From Naegleria gruberi (lineage: Eukaryota), in NCBI GenBank assembly GCA_000004985.1, contig GG738909.1: a stretch of DNA of 64,000 nucleotides; one strand, given 5' to 3'. Shown in pieces: positions 10,501 to 21,104 of the stretch. The notes beneath the pieces were generated by a model that worked only from the letters and a program-made list of their open reading frames with translations, did no database searches and was not told the origin of the DNA. Within the stretch, counting starts at the first letter, position 1; every line of letters starts with the position of its first letter. A program made the position numbers and the translations under genes.

Positions 10501-11436
10501 GATGTCAGTCTACAACCATTAAGTTTAGGGTGGATGTTAAGTGGTTGGTTGGACTGAGTCTGTCTGTGGTATTTCCTGGTTAACAGTGAAGCTTGTAACA
10601 AATTGAGTTCCACTACAAATTAACAGCAAGCTTGTGACTTGGCTTGAAATTGAAATTCCCAAGTTGAGAGGAATCTTAGTTATCAAAACATGGAAACGAA
10701 TCTTGTTAAGGTTAAATTAACTGTCGCATGCGGCATACATTTCATCCCTACACTTGCACTGAAAAGATTTTTTTGTCAATACCTTAAGTTGACCAATTTT
10801 GTTTTTTTCAACATCTTTGTAAAAGACCTTTCGTCTACAGTTTAGGTGAACCTTGGACTACGGTTCCTACTACTGTTTTTTGACCATATTGGCAGAACTA
10901 ACACCATACTTGTTAAGCCACAAGATATAGTTGTGCGGTGCCAAATATTGAAATTTGTCAAAAGTCACAAAATTCTTCTTATTGAAATAGTGCTGAACAC
11001 CACAAATATTTTGGAAAACACCATTTCCACGTAAATATTAATTACCTTTTCAATTTTTATGTATCCATATTTCTTTCCATGTCAACATCCCTATTTATAA
11101 AATATTAAAATATTGAAGAGTGACAGTTCACATAGCCATGTAAATTGTAAATTGAAACTATTTTAAATTCTGTAGTTGTACTGTAGAAATACTGTAGTGT
11201 TAGTAGTTGGCTTACAATTAACTACATTATTACTATGCTTATTAATATTTTTTTCAAGTTGACCAAATTTTGACAAGTATTATATTAGTTTCTCAACACT
11301 ATTACAAGATAAACAAATAGTTTACTAATAGTTTCTTATAAAACTATTCTAAACATTTCATTCCATAAAATTGCAAGTCAACCAAGTGTTAAAAATTTCA
11401 ATTTAACAATTTTATTGTACAAGTTTTTTGTTGAAT

Positions 11437-12189
11437 TTAATTCAACCAAGATTGACAGGTAGTTACATCACCTCTCTTTGCAGTTCCAACAGGTGGGAAT
11501 CTCAACCATTCTCTCATTGACACTTGACTTTTACCTAATGTGGAATCATGCATTGGCATGGTGACAACACCTTGAGAAGCACCAACTCCCCATTCAGGGG
11601 AATACAAATCAAAGATAATATTACGTGAGTGATCGAGATTTTGTTGAGCATCTCTCCAACCTTCTTGGAAAGTTTGACTGGTGACTTTGATTGGTTCAGT
11701 AAACTTGGTATTGTTAGCTCTGTAATAGAATGAATAGTAACCAAATTGTGCAATGGCATCCTTTGGAATTGGATATTGAGTCAATGGATCAACGTTAGTG
11801 GAATTCAAACTGACAACTGTCAACATGTCAGCATAAACTCTAATCAATGGACTGCCAAAGAATCTAGATTTGTTAGTAACAGCACCAACTACTGAATATC
11901 CCTCAAAACTTCCCTTTTCCAATCTGAAATATTTTGGTTGACTGTTGGCATTTGTAAAATCAATTCCAAATCTGGTTTTAAAAAATTGCAAACCTTCATT
12001 CAACTTGGCATTTGTAAAACGTTGAGTATTCAATGGATATTCCATTCTCTTTGGAATCAAATCGAATGGTAAAGCATCATCAAATAATAAACTCAATTCT
12101 GCATCTAAAAGTTTACTTGGATCGCAAGCTGCTGATGTGAAATTTACAATACAGCTTAGCAATAATAATGTTACAAGGAGTTTGTACAT
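11437..12189 (-). CDS. Secreted protein (signal peptide) homologous to the N-terminal domain of the adjacent PAP2/haloperoxidase-like gene.
   Basis: 250-aa ORF with a hydrophobic N-terminus (MYKLLVTLLLLSCIVNFTSA). The block LQFFKTRFGIDFT...GYSVVGA..RFFGSPLIRVYADMLTVVSL aligns with FYRNQYGLDIS...GYPTLAG...VYDDAFAIMLTQ of the 12687 gene. Confidence 0.5.
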   Translation of the reverse strand: MYKLLVTLLLLSCIVNFTSAACDPSKLLDAELSLLFDDALPFDLIPKRMEYPLNTQRFTNAKLNEGLQFFKTRFGIDFTNANSQPKYFRLEKGSFEGYSVVGAVTNKSRFFGSPLIRVYADMLTVVSLNSTNVDPLTQYPIPKDAIAQFGYYSFYYRANNTKFTEPIKVTSQTFQEGWRDAQQNLDHSRNIIFDLYSPEWGVGASQGVVTMPMHDSTLGKSQVSMREWLRFPPVGTAKRGDVTTCQSWLN

Positions 12190-12686
12190 GATGTGGAGTG
12201 TGTGTTTGGTTGTTTTTTTTTGGATTTTGTTTATTGAAATGAAGATTGATTGGCGTTTTGTTGAAATTGAGTGACTTGTGGCAGGCTGAATTGATTGAGG
12301 ATCTAATTATACGACAGGAAGGCGCTGTTCTCTGTTACATTATGAAATCGCCCACTATTTATTATTGAACATGTTTGTAAATCTAAGAGTTTTGCTTCCT
12401 TTTTAAAAAACATGTCACTTGCCAATAAAATATAAAAAGTAATGTTTTAATAAACAAAGAAGGAAACAGCCATGTAAGTAAACTAAATAACCTGCTCCTA
12501 TTTAAAATACCGACCTGAAATGTTGATGTGTTCAAGAACGCCAGCTGTCACTTCAACTCATTTCACACACAACCTGCCTCAATAACCAGAGAACTCGATT
12601 CTTTAAATACCTACACCAAACAACTCCAAATACCTTTCACAACACAAAAAAACAAAACAACTTGTATAATAATTAAACTGTATAAT

Positions 12687-14624
12687 ATGTCAGCAAAACA
12701 ACTGACACGATTCCTCGTGTTTACAATGCTGCTGATGATTTCAACACTCATCATGATGGTAAGCTCCTACTCACCTACCACAGAAACTGATCCACAAGAA
12801 TTCGATGCTCAATTCCACTTGTCATACTTGGCAGATGGCATCCAAGCAGGTGACATTGCTCCAATCACTCGTTATCCAGATGCCTATGAAAAAGCCACTT
12901 CTTTCTATAGAAATCAATATGGTTTAGATATCTCTGATAATGGTTCTCGTCTCCCACCTGGCACTCAATTTTTCACATCAGTCGGTGATAAATATGTCGT
13001 TGAATATGCAAAGGTTCGTGGTTATCCAACTTTGGCTGGTTCTCAAGATTTGGGAGTGTATGATGATGCCTTTGCTATCATGCTCACTCAACCACTTGTT
13101 GTTCATGGTGCTTATGGAGGTAAGAATGGTACTTGGGTTGATAGTGGCTCAGTATTGCCATTTGGGTTTTATACCTATTTTTGGAAGGTTAATGGAACGA
13201 CTGCCTTTCCAAGAATTACTTGGTCTAGTCCAATGCCAATGAGAATTTCAGCTGATGGTTCATTGGTTGTCGATTGTGAATTGACTTCAAATATTTGGGG
13301 TAAAGGAATGGCTAGAGGTTTGAATTTGATTAGAATTAATCCTGCCACTGGTCAATATTATGTCTCTGTTGTCAGTTCTCATACTTTCCCAGTTAGTCAA
13401 ACTGATATTAGTCCAAAATGTGCTGCCATTACCACTGAAAAGGATATTTTCAATGAAGATTTCATTATCAAGTGGAATAATGTCTTGTTGGCAACTGTCA
13501 GAGATTTCAAAGTTGCTCCACCTGTTGCTTCCAGAGCTATGGCTATTGTTCACTCTGCTGTTGATGATGCTTTGGGTTTCTGTAGAAGATTGAGATATAC
13601 TGGTAGACCATGTGATTATGCCACCATTGCTACAACTGTTTCCTATGCTGCTCATAGAGTTCTTGGTCAATTGTTCCCAAATAATATTGATTGTTATACT
13701 GCTGCTTTAAAGAGCGCTTTGAAATGTAATGGTTGTCAAGAATATGAAAGCTCAGAATTAACTAGAATTGGTAAGGTTGCAATCTTGGCTGCCGATAGAG
13801 TTTTGAGATCGAGAGATAATGATGGTAGTTCTGATTTTGTTGATTATCAATTCAGAGATGGTCCAATGGATTATCAAAGTCATGCTCCAAACTATGTCAG
13901 AATTCCATTGTTGCCTCAATGGTCAGCTGTTGAACCATTTGGAATTCAAGATGTTGAAAGTTTCAGACAAGGTCCTCCACCACAAATTGGAACTCCTGCA
14001 TTCGAAACTGCCTATGATGAAGTTTTCTTGTACGGTAGAAATGATTCGAGCGTTAGAACCTTCGATCAAAGAAGAATTTCTTGGTTCTGGGATGATGGTG
14101 CAGGTACTGCCACTCCACCAGGTCACTGGAATGTCATCCTTCAATCAATTATTAGAAGTCAAGGAATTACTGACACTTTCAAGATTTCAGCCATGTTCAA
14201 ACTCTTGGGTTGTTCAGTTGCTGATGCTGGTATCGTCTCTTGGGATCACAAATATTTCTATAATGCCCTTCGTCCAGTAACTGCTGTCAATAACAGAAAT
14301 AGAAATCTCAATTGGTTCCCTCTCTTGGCCACTCCACCATTCCCAGAATATACAAGTGGACACTCAACATTCTCTGGAGCTGCTGCCAGAATTTTGAGTT
14401 TATTGTTGGGTAGTGATGATATAACCTTTGATGTGACAAGTGATGGTTACAAGTATCACACCAGAACTTTTAACAGATTGTCAGATGCTGCTAAGGAAGC
14501 TGGTAAATCAAGAATTTATGGTGGTATTCATTTTGAATATGCCAATCAAGCTGGTTGGAATTCTGGTGTTGCTGTTGCCAATGCTGTTTACAATCAATTG
14601 TGTAGAAATGGAAATTGTCTTTAA
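12687..14624 (+). CDS. Secreted PAP2-superfamily (acid phosphatase / vanadium-dependent haloperoxidase-like) protein with an extra N-terminal domain.
   Basis: - The ATG at 12687 is followed by a signal/anchor sequence (FLVFTMLLMISTLIMMVSS).
- The C-terminal region carries the PAP2/haloperoxidase signature: KYFYNALRP, PEYTSGHSTFSGAAARIL, SRIYGGIHFEYAN.
- The track's 12528 start is a GTG. Confidence 0.6.
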   Translation: MSAKQLTRFLVFTMLLMISTLIMMVSSYSPTTETDPQEFDAQFHLSYLADGIQAGDIAPITRYPDAYEKATSFYRNQYGLDISDNGSRLPPGTQFFTSVGDKYVVEYAKVRGYPTLAGSQDLGVYDDAFAIMLTQPLVVHGAYGGKNGTWVDSGSVLPFGFYTYFWKVNGTTAFPRITWSSPMPMRISADGSLVVDCELTSNIWGKGMARGLNLIRINPATGQYYVSVVSSHTFPVSQTDISPKCAAITTEKDIFNEDFIIKWNNVLLATVRDFKVAPPVASRAMAIVHSAVDDALGFCRRLRYTGRPCDYATIATTVSYAAHRVLGQLFPNNIDCYTAALKSALKCNGCQEYESSELTRIGKVAILAADRVLRSRDNDGSSDFVDYQFRDGPMDYQSHAPNYVRIPLLPQWSAVEPFGIQDVESFRQGPPPQIGTPAFETAYDEVFLYGRNDSSVRTFDQRRISWFWDDGAGTATPPGHWNVILQSIIRSQGITDTFKISAMFKLLGCSVADAGIVSWDHKYFYNALRPVTAVNNRNRNLNWFPLLATPPFPEYTSGHSTFSGAAARILSLLLGSDDITFDVTSDGYKYHTRTFNRLSDAAKEAGKSRIYGGIHFEYANQAGWNSGVAVANAVYNQLCRNGNCL

Positions 14625-15019
14625 ATAAAATGTAAAATTTCCAAAACAAGGACTTGCTTTTATTGAAATTATTCTCGATTATATTATCATTAATGATATC
14701 TTGTTGCAACATGTTGATGATTATTTAAGTGTGTGCCAAATGTTAATCAAATGTTCTTGTTGAAAGGTGTGAGGAAAATTGTAAAGTGAAATGCAAAAAC
14801 AATTAAAATAATTTATTGTGTTGATGAGATTCATTAAATAAATAATATTTGAGGGGTTTCTATACAAAAGGAAAAGGCACTCGAGTTATAAATTACAGTT
14901 AGTTCTTATTCTTCACAATCATTCTCATGTTTGCGAAAGAATGTTTTGAAAAAGATCAAAAATCTTCAAAGAGTTTTCGACCCTTGATCAAAGATTAGCG
15001 CACATTAAAGATAATCTGA

Positions 15020-15196
15020 TTAACAATTCTTGTGACTTCTTTCTTCCTTGGTAGCCTTTTCTTCTCTTTGGAAATGATCTTCACCATAGGCCATCTTGTA
15101 TGCATCAGAGATGGTTTTAACTTGTCCTCTCATCTTATCGTAGACTTGTTCAATGCTTTCTTGATTCTTGTTGGTTTGAGCAGCTGAGGAGTTCAT
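15020..15196 (-). CDS. Small hydrophilic protein of 58 aa (MNSSAAQTNKNQESIEQVYDKMRGQVKTISDAYKMAYGEDHFQREEKATKEERSHKNC). Below the ORF-track size cutoff.
   Basis: Clean ATG-to-TAA ORF on the minus strand in an otherwise ORF-free interval. Composition is charged and hydrophilic. Function unknown. Confidence 0.25.
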   Translation of the reverse strand: MNSSAAQTNKNQESIEQVYDKMRGQVKTISDAYKMAYGEDHFQREEKATKEERSHKNC

Positions 15197-15952
15197 TCTT
15201 AATGTTGTAGTTTGTTGTTGTAGTTTTTTTTTGTGTTTTGTAGTGGCTTGTATTCGTGCATTTCTCGCTTTTATACCATCTCGGTAATTTTCCTAACGCG
15301 AATTAGGATTTTCGCGTTTTTTAATTATTTGCTGCGGCCACAAGGATCATAAGGTCCCTCCTTTCATAATGTATAGAGAGTTTACAATGTTTCGTACAGT
15401 TTGTGAAGTATATTGAATAGATAGATGCAGTTGTTATATTAATAGTAAGGAGAATGAAGGAAAATTTTGAGGTATTTTTAATGATAATGTGGTGATGAGA
15501 GTAATGTCATTGCAATCAATAAGAAGAAACAAAAATCTTATTTAATCAAAATTTGTTTCTTCCAGCTCAAATAATATTCGAATATTTCACGTGAACCAAC
15601 CCCGTACAATAATTCATCAGCACCCCATGACCTCAGAAGTATTGGCGCCAAAAAAGCTACAACTTTTAGAATGTTTATCGCGCAGCTTGTAAAGTTAATC
15701 TCATTCAATTCTATAAGGCTCGATCAAGCACAAGCCCTTAAAAAGAACTGTTTCTTGTTGAAAAACATCCCGCGCTCATTTTCTACAGTCATCATTAAAT
15801 TAAATTAAAAAAATAATATCATGATGAAGCTCATCAGATAAAAAAGTACTCACGCGTAGCATTGGACGTCCTGAAAAAAGGTATTCTTAATGAGTTTGCT
15901 CAATAACTAATATTAAACAACATATGAACCTTTATTAACAATAATAAACAAA

Positions 15953-17066
15953 ATGCGCACGCAATATCTCATCTTGTTTTCAATCCTCTCACTTTTCCTT
16001 GCCTTGTTCTTCTATCAACAAGTACAAGAATCAAAAAAAACAACATCATCACTCGATTTTAAACAAGGAATGTCTTCAGCAACAACTTCTGGAAGAGGAT
16101 TAAAAGCCATTGTAGTAGGATCAACAGGTTTGGTCGGAAAGAACGTTGTCAGAGTCTTGTCTCAACAAAATCCTCAAGAATATGCCAAGATTGTGGCCAT
16201 TTCGAGAAGAAAGGACAATCCATTCAATTATGAAACAAGTGTTCCTATTGAACATATTACATTGGATAGTTTGGATAATTTGGATCAAATTTCTGATGTT
16301 TTTAATGAAGTAGAGTAAGTTTTTAGACGAATCATCATGAAATTAATATTTAAATAATCAATTTATTATAATTAATCAATTGATTGCTATTATCATGTAA
16401 TATTCGGAAATTATATTTATTTGGAATATAAACAGTGAAGCATATTGTTGCTTGGGAACAACTATCAAAAGAGTTGGAAATGATAAGCAAAAGTTTAGAC
16501 ACGTTGATTTTGATTATCCAGATTCATTTGCTAATTTGGTTTACAAATCATTCACCAATGCTGCTCAGAACACTTCCGAGAATTTGAAACAATTCTTCCT
16601 TGTCACTTCTACAGGAGCTGATAGCAGTTCAATGTTTTTCTACAATCAAGTGAAGGGAGATATTGAAAAGTCGGTTGCTCAAAAGCAATTGGATTATCAA
16701 CAATTTACTCAAGGAAAATCACTCAATCAATCTTCTTACTGTCACATTATCAAACCAGGTTTATTAATTGGAGAACGTGAAAATGATGAAAGATTTGGAG
16801 AAAAGGTTGCTCAAAATTTGAATAATTTATTATCGTGGGCACTTCCAAGAAGTGTGAGTGGAATTAAGGGAGAGGAAGTTGCCAAAGCAATGCTTCAAAT
16901 TGCTGCCACAACAAGACAACAAAAATTGGATCTTTTGAAGGAAAGAGATTCTCATTCATCTGTTGGAGGAGTGGATCAAGCAACTCGTTTCACAAATCGA
17001 ATCTTTGCTCATGGAAATGCAAATCTCAAAGATTATTCAGATGAGTATGATCTTACTCGTAAATAA
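15953..17066 (+). CDS. HTATIP2/TIP30-like NAD(P)-binding oxidoreductase; join(15953..16314, 16436..17066).
   Basis: - N-terminal TM anchor, then the Rossmann motif VVGSTGLVGKNVV.
- Intron: GTAAGT at 16315, acceptor AG at 16434-16435 (121 nt), phase 2.
- The junction gives ...FNEVDEAYCCLGTTIKRVG.
- Exon 2 resembles TIP30: CCLGTT..., LVTSTGADSSSMFFYNQVKGDIE, IIKPGLLIGERE. Confidence 0.65.
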
Positions 17067-17173
17067 TTGATCTATATATTTCTATATATATTTATTTTCA
17101 AAATATCAAGTTGTTATTATGTACATTAAAGTTTGTGTGTAAATATTACAAGTAGAGAGAGTTTTCAAAAATT

Positions 17174-18301
17174 CTACTTTTTCTTTTCTTTTTGGGATTC
17201 AAAGAACTTTTGAGCATGTGAAGCGACTTGAGTTCTTGTTCTATATCAAGTAGTAGTATTGGAAATTATTATAGAAATTAGAATAAAACATTCGAATTAA
17301 ACTTACCTGGTTTTGACATACTTTTCAGCAATTTCTCTCCATCTCCCTTTTCCACATTCGTTCAATCCTCTGACGAAATCTTCATGTTCCTGATCTGTCC
17401 AAGATCCATCATTGATTCCAATTTGTTGATGTTCAGAATTTACAAATTTGATTTTCGAACTGTCAGACGAAATTGAAAAATTCATAAATTGGAATGAAGA
17501 TGCAGAACTAGAAGTGGAATTTGGTGATTTCCTTGAAGTGCCACTATTTCTTTTCACCAATTTTGGACTATTCGTTATTGGTGAGCTAGATTCTGAACTT
17601 TCGTCATGTTTCCTCTTTTTCTTTCCATTATTTTCAGATGCATTTGAAGAATTTGAAGCTGTCGTTGCCACACTTGGAGTGAAACTCAATGGCGATGTTC
17701 TATTTGGACTAATTATTGGTTTAAAAGTTGCTGGTGATGTTGCAGAAAGATTACTTGTCGTAGTTGACCATTTGTTTTGAAATATTGGAATAGGTTGAGT
17801 AATTGTATTTGGACTATTAGGTTGGATTTTCAAATTAGATTCGTCCCATTTCCTTGTATTGGAATAATTATCAGAGGCAATGTCAGTTGACTTCCACATC
17901 CCATTTATGTATGCATGTTGCTGTTGTAAGAAAGTGGACGAATGATTAAATCGCTGCTCCTCTATGAGAGGACTTGTTGAAATGTTATGGTTGTTGTTAC
18001 TGGAAGGTAATGTTGTAGAAGAAGTGCATGTGTATGAAGTAACTTGTTGGTTATTCGAATGTTGTTGACTATTCGAAAGTAGATGGTGATGAGTATTATT
18101 ATTGAGAGAAGTATTATTGTTGTTATTGTATGATTTGAACCCTACAACAGTAGAATTTTGAACAGTATTTTGATTATTAGAAACATCAGTATTGACTTTT
18201 AACTGTTCCAATTCCTTGACAGATGGCAGAATCACTTTCTCTGGACTATCATTTAAAAGCGAGGCTATCGAAGGTAATTGCATTCTTTGAATTGAGATCA
18301 T
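17174..18301 (-). CDS. SHAQKYF-class Myb/SANT DNA-binding protein with long Asn/Ser/Thr-rich low-complexity regions; complement(join(17174..17240, 17307..18301)).
   Basis: - C-terminus WTDQEHEDFVRGLNECGKGRWREIAEKYVKTR, then across the intron TRTQVASHAQKFFESQKEKKK*.
- Intron: GTAAGT on the minus strand at 17306-17301, acceptor at 17242-17241 (66 nt), phase 2. Confidence 0.6.
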
Positions 18302-19415
18302 GAATTATCTTTTCAATGTCAAAAGTCAACAGGCAAAATGTTGTTTGTTATTAATTGTGTAATTCAAGATTATCCACTTACATTGAGAATGATATTATGT
18401 TTCTTTTTTTTGAGTTTTTAATCCTATTATTCACCTTTTCACTCCCTTCAATTTAGTCGCATGGTATTGCGACAGGTGGCAGTTGTGGAAAACAAACCCA
18501 AAAAGTTGAAGAGAAATATCCTCTGCCTCATGTGTTGGTGATAAGGAAATTTGGAAATTTAAAAATGTTTGACCACAAATGATGCAAAAACACAACACAA
18601 AAAATGAAGAATCCAAACGAAACTGGAGGAAACCAAATGAAACAGATGGACAATTTATCTTGATGTGTTTATGGAACATGTGTCCAAATAAATCTGAGGA
18701 TTATACACCTATTATCATTGTAAACATTCGTAACCCTCAAATTTGCGCTATGACGCAACGATTGATATTGAACGAATTCTTGCGACTCTTCCATGAATGT
18801 AAAAGGATAGGTAAATTGAGCAGTGATTAACAGATTGAATTAACACTGTGCTGGAATCCTGTAAAATACTTATTAGATTTGTAATTAGGATAACAATTAT
18901 TCGAAAGGTGTTGACCTTCATAAATAGGCATTGACTGCGAGAAGGATAGTGTTGAATCTCTGCAGTAACACAGCTAATTACAGATCTACTGTGTTTCTTA
19001 TGCGTTTGTTGATGGTTTTATTCGAAAGTAAACTAAACAACATTTATTTCGAATAGATAATAACCAATTAATTGTAATAAATGCAATTTTCATGCAAGAG
19101 ATTCTAATCGCCTAATTGTCTCTTTGAATTCCAAATGTTTCTAATACCCTCTTTAAAATCTCAAATTAGTAATCCAACGTTCATCCATAAAAGTGCTCAT
19201 CCACCAATATAGTAACTGTATCTAATAAAAATGGCCTGAAAATGAGAATCGTACATTAAATGCACAATATTTGATATTATTCAATGTAAAATCTTCCTAC
19301 ATTTTGAATGTGCATGATTTTAACGTATTAACTCTTTCAGATTTTTTAGTTTCTTCCAGTAATCCGAATCTTTGTAATACAGATGTGAGTAATTCAATCA
19401 TTCCCATCATACTGA

Positions 19416-19814
19416 TACAGCACGTTTACTTCAAGTTTGACAAGATTTGGGGGAAATGAAATTTTTTTTTTTAAAATTTAAAGTATTTCATCTTTCAATT
19501 TTGATTTGGCAAGTAAACTCAACTCCATTTGAAAAGAATCTGTAACGATAATATTTTATTCAACAAAATGCTAATTTCTCGATGGAATTAAGGTAGTTTT
19601 GAAATCTGACTTCAAATTATGAATCCTCGCATTGACATACCCCTTGGGGTGGCAGCATTCTCAAAAATATGTAGAAATGAGTAAGAACGAGTGGTTAGGT
19701 GTTGTTCTATTGAAATGCTTATTTTGGATTTGACAGCAGAAGAACAACAAAATTTTTTCTAAATAATTTATTTTCTTTCAAAAAACGCGTCAAATTTGAA
19801 GTAAACGTGCTGTA
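19416..19814. mobile_element. MITE-like / foldback element of 399 bp bounded by 26-27-bp terminal inverted repeats.
   Basis: The left terminal repeat TACAGCACGTTTACTTCAAGTTTGAC (19416-19441) is the reverse complement, at 25/26, of the right repeat GTCAAATTTGAAGTAAACGTGCTGTA (19789-19814). The interior is AT-rich and non-coding. It lies in a 2.8-kb ORF-poor interval. No clear target-site duplication. Confidence 0.35.
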
Positions 19815-21104
19815 CTGTTTATTAATTTATACCGAGTGTATTGTTATCACATCATTTAAATATTCGAAAGGTTTACAGTTTTTTGAGTATGAGGTTGTAC
19901 CAGGACGAAAGCGCACCTTCTAATACCTCATTTGAAATAAGCTTGTGAGGATTTCTGAGATTAGTAACCAAGATGGAAAGAGCAAGCATCAGGGGAAACT
20001 AATTATCAGAAAGGTTTCACATTACATTCTTGATTAACGTGAACTTCTTACACACAAAAAGGATAAAACTTTCATTTGGAAAGTGTTTATCTTCCTTTAA
20101 GACATGGGTAATTTCCATATTATTTTAAAGTTTACAGTTAATTGAATTTGAGATTTTCATCAATATGCATCGACATGCCAAAGTTAAACAAACAACATTG
20201 GTAAATGTTCTTAATGAAATTGAGTTTTGTCAATTCAACACATTGTTGATGGTTCTAATGATTGTAAAATAACAAAATTAAATAGCAGTAGCACCTTGAT
20301 ACCAATATTTTAATTCTAAATGTTGTGTATGTCAAGTTAACGCTGTTTGGAGCTTGGTATTTGACAGGAGTCAATTTACCATCATGAAAATCTAGGTGGA
20401 TTGGAACAGATTGCTGACAGAAGTTACTGAGCCATATTCGAAAGAAAGGGATTTGATGTTTATTACTGCAGAGGCTACAAATAATGTTGATTCTTACTTT
20501 CCAACATTTAACTTTCAAGAGGGATATATTAGATGATAAAAGTCAATAGAACAGTATCCAAATTATGATGAGACTTTCCATCTGGTGGGAGTAATCCATG
20601 AAATTGGAGAACTTTGCAAGACTTTAGAAGATTGTACTTCAAGCCAATCTTTAAGACCAAAATGTGGATAAATACGATTCTTGCTTGGCTGTCTGGTTAT
20701 TGTTGGTTGTTCATTCAACAACTAGCCTTTAAAGATTGAAAATTTCCCACTGGAAAACTATTAAAATAAAATTAAATTCAAACAATTAATTCACCATCCC
20801 GAAAATTTGATGACCCTTGACGTCTCATTTTTTTGATAATGTAATTTGCCTTACTCTATTAAACTTTGATGAAATCACATCCAAGAAAAACCGTTAGCTT
20901 AGCTCTTAGTTTCAGACTCGTAACATGAGCGAGCCAAATAAGTACCACCTACCAAGAAAAAAAATTTTGTAAATTTTTTTTTAAATTTCTTCAACGCTAA
21001 AAAATACATCAAAACTCTACGCGGCTCGTTGTATTGCTGTTTTGTGGTAAAAGAAAGATCATCTCTGTGTTGTTACACTCTTTACATATAAAATACACAC
21101 GAAA

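Noticed and set aside
13287-14280. Antisense and alternate-frame ORFs within the haloperoxidase-like gene (13287-13670 minus, 13819-14280 plus, 13923-14144 minus).
   Set aside because: They are nested in a 646-aa ORF with clear domain signatures. They show no start context and no motifs.
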